From NCBI GenBank assembly GCA_018825365.1, contig JAHJEV010000003.1, positions 108,670-172,669 of the forward strand: a DNA stretch of 64,000 nt. Direction: 5' to 3'. Below are positions 9,123-18,920 of the stretch, piece by piece. A program made the translations under genes and the position numbers. The DNA is from Patescibacteria group bacterium. Lineage in GTDB: Bacteria > Patescibacteriota > WWE3 > UBA101185 > UBA10185. Positions within the stretch are counted from its first letter, which is position 1, and each line of letters opens with the position of its first letter. Under the pieces are notes generated by a model. It had not been told where the DNA came from. It did no database searches and saw only the letters and a list, made by a program, of their open reading frames with translations.

Positions 9123-9716
9123 ATGTATTTCACCCACAGTTTAGTCGGAGCAGTAGCTCAAAGATTTGTAATCGATAAAGTTGATAAGAAGTTTACTGAA
9201 AAAGAAAAACGTGTTTTATGGATAGTTGGAATAACGGCATCGGTCTTACCCGATTTTGATCTTATCTACTCGGCACTCAATCACATGGCCAACCACAGGG
9301 GATTTATTACTCACGGGCTATTTATCTATTTGTTAATGAGCCTTTTTTTATACCTTCTGAGTTTTACTAAAGATAAAAAGGAGTTCGGACAAAAGTTTTT
9401 TAAAACTCTGGTGTTGTGTTTTCTTATCGGAATATCGGTTCATTTTTTGATGGACTTTATGGTAGGAGGAATCGTTTTTCTTGCCCCCTTTAGTTATAAG
9501 GTTTATGGTCTGGAGATGTCGTTTGAAAGATACAACGGGAATTGGCTTTTTAGATACCTGGAATCCAGATACATGTTTTTGGAATTGTTTAACTTAAGCT
9601 ATTTCTTAATTGTTTTAAAAAATAAAAAATATTTCTTCGGAAAGATTGTAGCTTTTGGATACTTATTAATGGCAATCTTTGCTTTCGTTTTTATAAATAT
9701 GATATTCTTCACGTAA
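9123..9716 (+). CDS. membrane-bound metal-dependent hydrolase (YdjM/DUF457-like)
   Basis: Starts MYFTHSLVG. LPDFDLI, HRGFITHGL and HFLMDF motifs are present. Several TM helices. Confidence 0.5.
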   Translation: MYFTHSLVGAVAQRFVIDKVDKKFTEKEKRVLWIVGITASVLPDFDLIYSALNHMANHRGFITHGLFIYLLMSLFLYLLSFTKDKKEFGQKFFKTLVLCFLIGISVHFLMDFMVGGIVFLAPFSYKVYGLEMSFERYNGNWLFRYLESRYMFLELFNLSYFLIVLKNKKYFFGKIVAFGYLLMAIFAFVFINMIFFT

Positions 9717-9859
9717 TATTGACGAAATTGATTTTAACTATATAATTTTTCTTATATGGACCGCAGATTAGTTATAAAAATCTACAGAGGTTGGCATAAC
9801 GCTTAAGTTGAAGCGGGCTGACTTTTGTGATGTCAAAAGACTAATCGAATACAAGTTAA

Positions 9860-9881
9860 CCCGCGAAAGCGGGATTTTTTG
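9860..9881 (+). terminator. intrinsic terminator candidate (GC stem with GAAA tetraloop plus T-run)
   Basis: The stem-loop cccgc-gaaa-gcggg is followed by attttttgt. Confidence 0.4.
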
Positions 9882-9912
9882 TACAAATTTTTAAATAATA
9901 AGAGATAAAAAG

Positions 9913-11244
9913 ATGAATAAAAACTTAATTAATAAATTTAAAGAGAATTTAGGGGGCATTATAAAATATAAAAGTATCTCTACAGATAAGGCGTACAAGC
10001 AAGAGATGAAAAAGACAGTCGAAGCGTTAGAAACCCTTTTTAAGAGAAATGGATTTAAAACGCAGGTATTGAAAGGAAAAACAACAAATCCATATGTTTA
10101 TGCAGGTCTAAACATAGATAAAAACAAGAAAACCATACTCATATATGGTCACTACGATGAGATGCCGGTGGGAGATACTAATAAGTGGGTAGGAGACCCT
10201 TTTAAACTTACTGAGAAAAACGGAAGGTTGTATGGCCGCGGGGTTATCGATAATAAAGGACAGTTCCTAATTCACTTTACCGCAGTTACAGAACTGGCTA
10301 AGAATAATAATTTAAAATACAACGTTAAGTTCTTACTTGAAGGAAATGAGGAAACAGGAAATACGGAGATTGCGGAAGTGATAAGAGTCAATAGAAAACT
10401 TTTATCTTGCGATTTTGTTTTGATTTCTGATGGGGAGACGACAGCTAATCGGCCGACCATTGAGGCAGGTTTTAGAGGAGGGTCCAATGTCACACTTGGT
10501 TTTAAAACCGCAAAGGGGGATGTTCACTCCGGTCTTTACGGCGGAGCAATACCAAATGCCGCTCACGAACTTAGCATCTTGATATCAAAGTTTTATGATA
10601 AAAACAATAAAGTTGCGATCCTGGGATTCTACGAGGGTCTAGACAAACCCACTAAATCGGAGCTTTTAAATAACAAAAGTCTTAAATTTAGTTCACTTAA
10701 ATTGAAGGAGCTGACAGGAATAAAATCACTTAAATGTGAAAAAGGGATAGATTTTTTTACCCAAACAGGTTTAAGACCGATGCTTACAGTGTCGGGAATG
10801 AAATCCGGATACACCGACGAAGGCTACAACAACATAGTCCCCTGCTATGCTGAGGCTAAAATAAATTTCAGATTTGCGGCATCCCAAGACCCTAGGAAAA
10901 TACTTTCGGACTTTAAAAAGTTTGTAATGAGAAACAAACCAAGCTATGTATCCTGCGAAATAAATGTTTCAAGTTCTTGGCCGGCATTAAAAATGGCTAC
11001 CAAAACAAAACTAGTGGAAAATATTAAAAAGATTCTAGAGGAAGTTTATAAGGAAAAGGTCGCATTTAGATTTGTTGGGGGAAGCATTCCTGTAATAGGT
11101 TTTTTTAAAAGTATATTAAAAACGCAGGTTGTTTCTATCCCACTTGCAAATGAGGACTGTAACATGCATGGTACAAATGAGAATTTTAAGCTTAAATTAG
11201 TAGAGAAAGCTTTAGAATTCTCAACAAGCTTCTTTGCCCGTTAG
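9913..11244 (+). CDS. M20 family dipeptidase (PepV/Sapep-like)
   Basis: GHYDEMP, a metal-binding D in VIDNKGQ, and LEGNEETG are M20 signatures. 443 aa. Confidence 0.75.
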   Translation: MNKNLINKFKENLGGIIKYKSISTDKAYKQEMKKTVEALETLFKRNGFKTQVLKGKTTNPYVYAGLNIDKNKKTILIYGHYDEMPVGDTNKWVGDPFKLTEKNGRLYGRGVIDNKGQFLIHFTAVTELAKNNNLKYNVKFLLEGNEETGNTEIAEVIRVNRKLLSCDFVLISDGETTANRPTIEAGFRGGSNVTLGFKTAKGDVHSGLYGGAIPNAAHELSILISKFYDKNNKVAILGFYEGLDKPTKSELLNNKSLKFSSLKLKELTGIKSLKCEKGIDFFTQTGLRPMLTVSGMKSGYTDEGYNNIVPCYAEAKINFRFAASQDPRKILSDFKKFVMRNKPSYVSCEINVSSSWPALKMATKTKLVENIKKILEEVYKEKVAFRFVGGSIPVIGFFKSILKTQVVSIPLANEDCNMHGTNENFKLKLVEKALEFSTSFFAR

Positions 11245-11278
11245 TATGAAGATTGTTATACTGACAAAGTAAGTGTTT

Positions 11279-11352
11279 ACCGGCGTAGCTCAGTGGTAGA
11301 GTAGCGGTCTCCAAAACCGTTGATAGAGGTTCGATTCCTCTCGCCGGTGCCA
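11279..11352 (+). tRNA. tRNA-Trp (anticodon CCA)
   Basis: Hand-folded cloverleaf. Acceptor accggcg/cgccggt with A1-U72, anticodon loop CTCCAAA, G73 discriminator and encoded CCA (E. coli-like Trp identity). Confidence 0.9.
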
Positions 11353-11373
11353 AAATTTGTTTATAATAAAGGT

Positions 11374-12405
11374 ATGAGTGAAAACATGAAAAGAGTCTTA
11401 ACAGGAATAAGGCCTACAGGTCCATTGCATTTGGGACATTATGTTGGTGCTTTGAAACAATGGGTTTTACTTCAGGATGAATATGAGTGCTTTTTTATGA
11501 TCGCCGATGTTCAAGCCTTAACCACACACGCCGGTAACCCCAAGGTAATAGAAGAATCGGTTAGGGATGTTTTACTGGATTTTTTGGCAGTTGGACTGGA
11601 TCCGACAAAACCTAATGTTCATTTTATACTTCAAAGTGCAATTCCTGAGCTTGCTGAGCTTACGGTTTATCTTTCAATGGTCACTCCTTTTACGTGGATG
11701 CAAAGCAATCCTACAATTCAGCAAGAAAGTAAAGCTTTAGGTAAAGGTATATCTACAGGTTTTATGTGTTATCCGGTAAGCCAGGCGGCTGATATTTTGT
11801 TTGTTTCTCCTGATCCAACTGAGTCAAAGGAAGAAATATTAGTTCCGGTTGGTGAAGATCAGGTCCCGCATCTAAGAGATACAAACAGCATCGTCTCTGC
11901 TTTTAATAGGACATACTCCCCTACTTTTAATGAATGCAAACCCTTATTGGGAGATTATCCAAGACTTGTTGGTACAGATGGACAATTGAAGATGTCAAAG
12001 TCTTTGGGTAACTGTATAAACCTAGGCGACGATGAAAAAACAGTTGAGAAAATGGTTAAAGGAATGTTTACCGATCCGAATAGAATTCATCCAAACGACC
12101 CGGGGACAGTTGAGGGGAATCCTGTCTTTATATACCACGACATTTTTAATCCCGATAAGAAAGAGGTTTGCGATTTAAAGAAAAGATACAAGGATGGAAC
12201 GGTTGGGGATGTCGAAGTTAAAGAAAAACTTAACGTAGCTATTCAGTCTTTTCTGAAACCTATAAGAGAAAGAAGAAAGCATGCTGAGAAAATGGATATC
12301 AAGAAGTTTTTGGAAGACGGAACAGATTTTGCAAGAGGTCTTGCAGTTAAAACTTTGAGTAGAACTAGAAAAGCCATGCATTTGGATTATCCAAGTTTGA
12401 AATAG
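11374..12405 (+). CDS. trpS: tryptophan--tRNA ligase
   Basis: HIGH-type motif PTGPLHLGHY and KMSKS motif. The start was moved from the ORF-track 11320 to the in-frame ATG at 11374, because the track ORF overlaps tRNA-Trp. Confidence 0.9.
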   Translation: MSENMKRVLTGIRPTGPLHLGHYVGALKQWVLLQDEYECFFMIADVQALTTHAGNPKVIEESVRDVLLDFLAVGLDPTKPNVHFILQSAIPELAELTVYLSMVTPFTWMQSNPTIQQESKALGKGISTGFMCYPVSQAADILFVSPDPTESKEEILVPVGEDQVPHLRDTNSIVSAFNRTYSPTFNECKPLLGDYPRLVGTDGQLKMSKSLGNCINLGDDEKTVEKMVKGMFTDPNRIHPNDPGTVEGNPVFIYHDIFNPDKKEVCDLKKRYKDGTVGDVEVKEKLNVAIQSFLKPIRERRKHAEKMDIKKFLEDGTDFARGLAVKTLSRTRKAMHLDYPSLK

Positions 12406-12496
12406 TATACTTTTATGTTAAACTATCTTTGTTTTTCCTCGTGTGGTATGGCTCAATACACGATGAGGTGGGAGAGATTAAGAAGGGTGGGTGCTT

Positions 12497-12572
12497 AGCG
12501 GGGTAGCCTAGTTAGGTTCAAGGCGTCTCAGTTTAAATGAGAAAATCTCAGGTTCAAATCCTGACCCCGCTA
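12497..12572 (+). tRNA. class I tRNA with anticodon UUA (ochre-suppressor-like); A1-U72, A73, no encoded CCA
   Basis: Hand-folded, every stem Watson-Crick: acceptor agcgggg/ccccgct, D gcct/aggc, anticodon stem tctca/tgaga with loop GTTTAAA (positions 34-36 = TTA), 5-nt variable loop, T arm tcagg-TTCAAAT-cctga. It is followed by ttagc, not CCA. Confidence 0.7.
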
Positions 12573-12602
12573 TTAGCTTATTTATTTAAACCAATCTTTT
12601 AA

Positions 12603-12645
12603 AGGAAGTCTCAAGTAGATGTATCTACAAAGACTTCCTATTTTT
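12603..12645 (+). terminator. intrinsic terminator downstream of the UUA tRNA
   Basis: ggaagtct ... agacttcc gives an 8-bp stem with an internally palindromic loop, followed by tattttttcc. Confidence 0.6.
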
Positions 12646-13110
12646 TCCTAGTCCAACAGTTCTTTCACGCCCCCAAAAGCTATTCTGTCGTGAACATACT
12701 CTTTAGCTGTCAAAAGCTTGGTTGGAGTTATAACGAAATCGCCCTACTTACTATTTATGTCATCCAAAGCCTCTACAAGCCTTTTTTTCCTGTCAATATC
12801 GTTAAAAAGCTCTAGTGTTGGCTGATATCGTAAGGAACGAGTCCAAAACACGGTTCTGCGAGTATTTCGACCGGTTTTTTGTATGGTGAGCCGCATAAAA
12901 TCCTAAAAACTTCCTTAAAGATGTCTCTGGAATCAAAAAGGTTGTGTTTGACGACTTTCCCGTGGTGCCAATAGGTTCCGTCTTTGTAACTTATCGCATA
13001 AAATTGGGGCTACCTCCTCAGGAGTACTAAAAGGTTTTGGTGGTGCAAAGGAATTTCCAAAGCTTTTTCTTTCAAAAGAAACATCATCCATTTCCCATCC
13101 GGTTTTTCTT
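12640..13110 (-). pseudogene. decayed ORF remnants (several frames, no intact ORF)
   Basis: Reverse-strand translation gives protein-like stretches (e.g. ...ITPTKLLTAKEYVHDRIAFGGVKELLD, ...FKEVFRILCGSPYKKPVEILAEPCFGLVPYDISQH) interrupted by stops and frame changes. The six-frame track shows no ORF of 60 aa or more here. Confidence 0.35.
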
Positions 13111-13136
13111 AAATTAGAGACAGTTTTGGCCAGACT

Positions 13137-13892
13137 TTGTTTAAACCTGATTTTATAATATCATTAATAGTAATGCCCAAAGCTCCTTATATTAAAAAAC
13201 TGGAAACGATCGAAGACTTTGACGTTTGGGAAGTAGACGGCGAGCATATTCGAAACAAGATAAACAGAGAATTCACAAACTTCGGACAGCATTTCAGATT
13301 CGATTTTATCCCTACAAAAGAATTTTGGCTTGATAAGCAGCATGGATCTGACGAGAAGGACTACTTTATAGATCATATGTTGGTTGAATGGCATATGATG
13401 AAAAACGGGGTTCCTTACGATAAGGCATTGGGAGCGGCGGACTCACTTGAAAAAAGAGAACGTTCTAAGTCTGATTTGATGAAGAAACTTGAGAAGAAAG
13501 TAAGCAGCATTAATTCTGATATTCCAAAGGAAATATATAAGGAGAAACTTAATAAGTATAAGAGTGTGGTTGAAGTATGTATTGTAAGTGGAGAGGCCGT
13601 AAGAGGACTTTACTTTGTTGATTTCACTGAGGGTGGGCATCATTTTGTGTATGATTTTATTCCCTTAAATGAAGTTTGGATTGACGATGATCTTCCTCCC
13701 GGAGAAAGAGGTTTTGTAATACTTCACGAATTACACGAAAGATTCCTTATGTCTAACGGGATAGATTATGCATATGCACACAGGTCTTCCAGCATTATCG
13801 AATACAAATGTAGAAATAACGAAAAACTTTTAAAAGAGGCAATTGACGCGGAGATAGAAAAAAATAAACAGATTCTGGAAACAATAGTTTAA
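13137..13892 (+). CDS. hypothetical protein with an internal tandem duplication of a roughly 90-aa domain
   Basis: Repeat 1 (...WEVDGEHIRNK...FRFDFIPTKEFWLDK...HMLVEWHMMKNGVPYDKALGA) and repeat 2 (...VSGEAVRGLYFVDFTEGGHHFVYDFIPLNEVWIDD...ILHELHERFLMSNGIDYAYAH) share F.DFIP..E.W.D and H.L.E....M.NG..Y..A. Confidence 0.5.
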   Translation: MFKPDFIISLIVMPKAPYIKKLETIEDFDVWEVDGEHIRNKINREFTNFGQHFRFDFIPTKEFWLDKQHGSDEKDYFIDHMLVEWHMMKNGVPYDKALGAADSLEKRERSKSDLMKKLEKKVSSINSDIPKEIYKEKLNKYKSVVEVCIVSGEAVRGLYFVDFTEGGHHFVYDFIPLNEVWIDDDLPPGERGFVILHELHERFLMSNGIDYAYAHRSSSIIEYKCRNNEKLLKEAIDAEIEKNKQILETIV

Positions 13893-13908
13893 TTGCTATA
13901 ATTTCTCC

Positions 13909-15462
13909 GTGATAAAGTTTCTTAAATTTTTAAGTTTACTACTTTTTATTGGAATATTCCTGGGTGTGAGACTTCCAAGACTGGGCACCGAAACTTTTAA
14001 CAGTGACGAGGTGTATTGGCATGACAGGTCGGAGGACTTTTTAAACGCGCTAAGCTCTAAAAATTACGCCAAAACTTTTCAGAAATACCATCCTGGTGTT
14101 CCCATAATGTGGGAACTTACGATTACGTCTCTTATTACGAGCAAGTTACAAAATACTTCCGTAGGAAATATTTTTGCTAATGATGAAAAGCTCCACATGG
14201 ATGTGATGCTCGGCCTTGATATCTGGCTTTGTGTTCTTGCAGTTTGCATTTTACTTGTATTGAGCAAGGCTTTGAAAAACTGGTGGTTGGCTTTACTTTG
14301 CATGGTAGTTTTGGTAATAGAGCCGTTTTATCTTGGTAATTCAAGGCTTATTCATCACGATGCGCAGATATCTTTGTATGTGATTTTAGCTTTGGCGATA
14401 ATTTATTTAAATACAAAGAAATTTAATTTTTTCCAGGTCGTGTTAGCTTCTTTGTTATTGTCACTGGCCGCCTTGTCAAAAACTTTGTTTATTGGAGCTT
14501 TTGTCTTTAGTTTGCTCGCGGGAGGTTTATTAACACTTCTAAATCAGGGGTTCAAAAAACCCATTTATTTTATGGTGACCCTTTTAGTTTTTTCGGTTGG
14601 TTTTTACTTTGCCCTATTTCCAGCACTTTGGGTGGAACCTATTCAAACGTTAAACAAGATATTTATTCAAAGCCGAAAGGTTGGTGAGGATGATGGGCAT
14701 GGCCAGATTTTCTTCGGGGTTCCAACTAAAAACCCAGGGCCATTCTTTTACCCGATACTTTTTATCATTAAAAATTCTTTGTTTTTAATGATTGGTTTTG
14801 TGATTTTTGTAAGTAGTGTAATTTTCAAATTAGTAAAGTGGGTGCTTAGAAAAAGTTCAGGAAAACTTAAGGATATTCCCTTTGAGATATTTGCGGGAAT
14901 TTTTTACCTCGGTTATTTTTGTGTGCTTCAGTACTTTAGTAAAAAAGTGGACAGGTATGTTATTCCTATATATCCGTTTTTCGCTATCGGGTCTGTTTTT
15001 GGCTGGGCGGAATTTGTTAAAAAGAGATTTTATCTTGCAGTTATTCCGCTGTTTTTGTTTGTCTACTCTGTTGCCATTCCTCTTTATAAATTATTTCCCC
15101 ACTATTTGCTTTATAACTCACCTATTTATGGAGATGCTTCAGTTGGGAACGAAATTATCGGCCAGAAACTATTCGGGATTGGTGTGTTTGAACTTCGAGA
15201 CAAAATCATTTTCAGGTTTGGGGAAAAGGCAAAAATAGGCGCGAGCGATTTTGAACCGCTGGCATCTATATATAAGGGCGGGTATGTCGATAATGTTTTA
15301 GTTGCGCACCCGAACAGTTACAATGTGATGGTATTGGGACCAAATAAACCATTCCCACCGAGCATGAAAAACGAACCTACCATTAAGTTTTACAAAGTCG
15401 ATTCTGTTTATATTAATGGCTTGGAGTTTTGGAGAATTTATCACAAAAGAGTTATTCACTAA
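13909..15462 (+). CDS. GT-C fold membrane glycosyltransferase (ArnT/PMT-like, GT39/GT83 family)
   Basis: 517 aa with about 12 predicted TM helices. The N-terminal region has a conserved loop with D/E residues typical of the ArnT/PMT family. Confidence 0.55.
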   Translation: MIKFLKFLSLLLFIGIFLGVRLPRLGTETFNSDEVYWHDRSEDFLNALSSKNYAKTFQKYHPGVPIMWELTITSLITSKLQNTSVGNIFANDEKLHMDVMLGLDIWLCVLAVCILLVLSKALKNWWLALLCMVVLVIEPFYLGNSRLIHHDAQISLYVILALAIIYLNTKKFNFFQVVLASLLLSLAALSKTLFIGAFVFSLLAGGLLTLLNQGFKKPIYFMVTLLVFSVGFYFALFPALWVEPIQTLNKIFIQSRKVGEDDGHGQIFFGVPTKNPGPFFYPILFIIKNSLFLMIGFVIFVSSVIFKLVKWVLRKSSGKLKDIPFEIFAGIFYLGYFCVLQYFSKKVDRYVIPIYPFFAIGSVFGWAEFVKKRFYLAVIPLFLFVYSVAIPLYKLFPHYLLYNSPIYGDASVGNEIIGQKLFGIGVFELRDKIIFRFGEKAKIGASDFEPLASIYKGGYVDNVLVAHPNSYNVMVLGPNKPFPPSMKNEPTIKFYKVDSVYINGLEFWRIYHKRVIH

Positions 15463-15589
15463 TTATGAATAAAGAAGTTTTGAAGTATATTGTTAAAAAT
15501 AAGGCCATTATGCCAAGAACAGCTAAGATTTAAATTTCCTAGGTAAGATAATCTAAAGCCATAAATTCAAAGTTTATGGCTTTCTTGTT

Positions 15590-18151
15590 TTGTTATGGAA
15601 AGAAAGTATTAAAACAGTTAGTATTTATAATATGGGTTTTCCTAAATATACTGCCCTATCTGTTGAGGAAACTATAAAGGATCTTGAGACATCTTCAGAG
15701 TTTGGTTTAACGAATAAATCTGTTCGTGAAAGACTTTTGAAATACGGCAGTAACGAATCCGGGTCTCATGAAGTAAGTGTATGGGAAATTTTTTTGAGGC
15801 AGTTTAAATCCGCATTTGTCTACCTTTTACTTGTAGCTTCCGTTGTGACCTTTGTCTTAGAGGAATATATAGATTGTTCCATGATATTGGCTTTTGTTTT
15901 GATAAATGTTTTTTTAGGGTTTGTTCAGGAATACAAATCGGAAAAAACAACAAAATATTTAAAAAAATTTACTGACCGAAAAGCCACAGTTTTAAGAGAA
16001 GGTAAAGAAATACTAATAAGTTCTTCAGAATTAGTTCCGGGAGACATTGTTCAAATTGAAACCGGTGATATAGTCTCAGCTGATTTAAGACTAATTAAGG
16101 CTAATAACCTGGTGATTGACGAGTCGACATTGACTGGCGAGTCAGTACAAATAGGGAAACACATAGAAAAACTGGATTCTGAAAAAACGGATCTATATAA
16201 AGCTACAAATATTATATTTTCCGGTACTACGGTTGTCGAAGGCAAGGCGTATGCAGTTGTGGTGGCAACCGGAAAGGATACTGTATTTGGAAAAATAGCA
16301 AAAATAACAACTGAAACTAAAGAAGTCAGTGCGTTTGAAAAACAAATTAATAAATTCAGCAAGTTTATACTATTTTTAACTTTAATCACCCTTGCGCTTG
16401 TTTTTGTAGTTCACCTTGTGTTTAAAAGGACGGTGTCGTTTGTCGATTTAACGGTGTTTTCTGTAGCACTGGCGGTAGGGGTAATTCCAGAGGCAATGCC
16501 TCTTGTATCTACTTTTTCCTTGTCTCTTGGAGCTGCAATGCTTGCCAAGAAGCATGTTGTCGTAAAAAGACTTTCTTCAATTGAAGATCTTGGAGGAATA
16601 CAAATTTTATGTTCCGATAAAACAGGTACTATAACTGAAAATAAGCTTACAGTGGCAGATATTTTTTCTGAAAATGAGGAAGAAACCATAAAGTATGGTC
16701 TTTTGGCGTCTTCAGTTACAACCGGTGAGGTAACTTCTAATAACGCCTTTGATTTGGCCATCTATTCAAAAGTGAGTAATAAGGAGAGAAAATTATTCTC
16801 AAGCGAAAAAAGGATATACGAAATACCTTTTAACCCAACAAGAAAAAGAAACAGCGTGCTTGTAAAAGGTGAAAATCTTAACACCTTAATAGTCAGAGGC
16901 GCACCGGAGGTAATAATACCCTTTGTTAAAAATCTATCAGAAGCTATGGGGGATAAAATAATACAATGGCTTTTGGAAGAAGGGCGGTTGGGTAGAAGAA
17001 CCATAGCAATTGCAAAGAAAACTTTTGAGGACGAAACGTATAAAATAAGTGATGAGGAAAATAACCTTGAACTTATTGGCTTAATTTCCTTTGAAGATCC
17101 AATAAAAAAGAGCACTACTGCAGCTGTATCTAAAGCAAAAAGTTATGGTGTGACTGTAAAAATAATTACCGGAGATAGTCCTGAGGTAGCCGGAGCAGTT
17201 GGGTATAAAGTTGGTATTGCGAATAGGTTTTCGGATGTAATAACCGGAGAGGAATTTGCAAAACTTAAAAGAGATGAACAAAAGGAAGTTTTGAAATCAA
17301 TTAATGTGTTTGCAAGAGTGTCTCCCGAACAGAAATACCAAATTATTAAGCTTTTACAGGAAGATTTTGAGGTTGGCTATCTGGGAGAAGGAATTAATGA
17401 TGCTCCGGCTTTAAAGGCAGCGGGAGTTGCAATAGTAGTGGACAGCGCTGCAGACGTTTCCAGAGAAGTTGCCGATATAATTTTACTGAAACACAACTTG
17501 CAGGTAATTGTAGATGGAATAGAACTTGGTAGAAAAACTTTCGTAAATGTAACAAACTACATAAAGGCTACTCTGGCCTCCAATTTTGGCAACTTCTACG
17601 CGATGGTATTTGCTACCTTAATGATAGATTACCTACCGATGCTTCCGGTACAAATCCTTCTTGTTAATTTACTCTCTGATTTTCCTATGATCTCAATTGC
17701 AACTGATAGACCGATAAAAAGTGAGCTTAGAGAGCAGAAAAACTACTCTATTAAGGATATACTTCTTCTCGCAACATTACTTGGACTTGTGAGCACTGCC
17801 TTTGATTTTATGATGTTTGGCATGTTTGTTGAAAAAGGTCCCGGTGTTCTTAGAACCAACTGGTTTATTGGAAGTATTTTAACAGAGTTAGTCCTAATTT
17901 ATTCTATTAGGACCAGAAAGTTCGCCTTTAATTTGAAAAAAATGCCGTCCATCCAAATAATTGTTTTAACTTTTGTAGCTGCCTTTTTTACTGTGTATAT
18001 ACCCCTTACCAAATTTGGGGTGGAAGTCTTTCAATTTGTTAAACCTACATCAAACTATTTATGGCTACTCCTAGCTATAGTGATTGCTTACTTTTTAAGC
18101 ACAGAAACGGTTAAAAGACTTTACTACAGACATATAAATCCTATTAAATGA
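15590..18151 (+). CDS. P-type cation-transporting ATPase (type IIA/IIIB, Ca2+/Mg2+-like)
   Basis: Phosphorylation motif CSDKTGTITEN, a TGES-like actuator motif (TGESVQ), the hinge GDGINDAPALKAAGVA, and 10 TM segments. The true start is probably MGFPKY at about 15632. Confidence 0.85.
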   Translation: MLWKESIKTVSIYNMGFPKYTALSVEETIKDLETSSEFGLTNKSVRERLLKYGSNESGSHEVSVWEIFLRQFKSAFVYLLLVASVVTFVLEEYIDCSMILAFVLINVFLGFVQEYKSEKTTKYLKKFTDRKATVLREGKEILISSSELVPGDIVQIETGDIVSADLRLIKANNLVIDESTLTGESVQIGKHIEKLDSEKTDLYKATNIIFSGTTVVEGKAYAVVVATGKDTVFGKIAKITTETKEVSAFEKQINKFSKFILFLTLITLALVFVVHLVFKRTVSFVDLTVFSVALAVGVIPEAMPLVSTFSLSLGAAMLAKKHVVVKRLSSIEDLGGIQILCSDKTGTITENKLTVADIFSENEEETIKYGLLASSVTTGEVTSNNAFDLAIYSKVSNKERKLFSSEKRIYEIPFNPTRKRNSVLVKGENLNTLIVRGAPEVIIPFVKNLSEAMGDKIIQWLLEEGRLGRRTIAIAKKTFEDETYKISDEENNLELIGLISFEDPIKKSTTAAVSKAKSYGVTVKIITGDSPEVAGAVGYKVGIANRFSDVITGEEFAKLKRDEQKEVLKSINVFARVSPEQKYQIIKLLQEDFEVGYLGEGINDAPALKAAGVAIVVDSAADVSREVADIILLKHNLQVIVDGIELGRKTFVNVTNYIKATLASNFGNFYAMVFATLMIDYLPMLPVQILLVNLLSDFPMISIATDRPIKSELREQKNYSIKDILLLATLLGLVSTAFDFMMFGMFVEKGPGVLRTNWFIGSILTELVLIYSIRTRKFAFNLKKMPSIQIIVLTFVAAFFTVYIPLTKFGVEVFQFVKPTSNYLWLLLAIVIAYFLSTETVKRLYYRHINPIK

Positions 18152-18322
18152 AACTTGCATCAGTTTCTTTTGTATATATAAATAGCTGAAAGGGATAGTA
18201 AGCTAAGTCTAGTAGTCCCAAACTTTCACACAATATGTATTTTTAGAAAAACTTCAAAGCAGTAGCGACCCACTCTTTATATATTAGTAAAGCGTTGCGC
18301 AAATTTAATATATACTTAGCTT

Positions 18323-18673
18323 ATGTTTAAAATAGTAAAAACAGTTTTTATGTTAATAATGATTCTGGTCGGTTTAGTTATTATTTTTGCGTCTTATCAT
18401 CTATATAAAGGTTTTAAGTCAGGTGATATTACATCTTATTTTATGAAGTACGCGGCAAAGTCAATTGTAGACAGGACCAAATTATCTCCTACACAGGTGG
18501 AATATTTGGATGCTGGGGACTTTGAAAGTTTAGTGAAAGATATAGAACAAAACATTACTCAGGAACAAATCGATTGTTTCACTAATAGTGTTGGGGACGA
18601 GCGAGCAAAAGAGTTAGTAATTGACAAAAACCCCACACCGCAAGAAATATTGAAGCTTTCTAAGTGTCTTTAG
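18323..18673 (+). CDS. hypothetical small membrane-anchored protein
   Basis: N-terminal TM helix followed by a charged soluble tail. No recognisable domain. Confidence 0.4.
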   Translation: MFKIVKTVFMLIMILVGLVIIFASYHLYKGFKSGDITSYFMKYAAKSIVDRTKLSPTQVEYLDAGDFESLVKDIEQNITQEQIDCFTNSVGDERAKELVIDKNPTPQEILKLSKCL

Positions 18674-18694
18674 CTGTAAAATGGATTTCTTTTC

Positions 18695-18780
18695 TGGTGG
18701 GAAGGGTGGGGTTCGAACCCACGAAGGCTAAAGCCAACGGTTTTACAGACCGCTCCATTTGACCACTTTGGTACCTTCCC
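18695..18780 (-). tRNA. tRNA-Tyr (anticodon GTA), class II with long variable arm
   Basis: Minus-strand fold: acceptor gggaagg/ccttccc, anticodon stem gcggt/accgt with loop CTGTAAA, long variable arm, T arm gtggg-TTCGAAC-cccac, A73 and encoded CCA. Confidence 0.85.
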
Positions 18781-18920
18781 ATAATTAAAAGACTGAAAGG
18801 ATGATAGCACAAAAAAACTACCGGAGAATGTGCTTGTTCTGCGGCCCTGGAAATAGTATGAGATAAGATCCCATTTAGTACTTTACTAATTTGTGTCCTT
18901 GCCATATTCTTAAACGCGTT

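Noticed and set aside
16051-17281. Several 60-117-aa antisense ORFs inside the P-type ATPase gene. Similar ORFs lie inside leuS, the Clp gene and others.
   Set aside because: They are embedded opposite long conserved genes, have low-complexity composition and no start context. They are typical spurious ORFs in AT-rich DNA.
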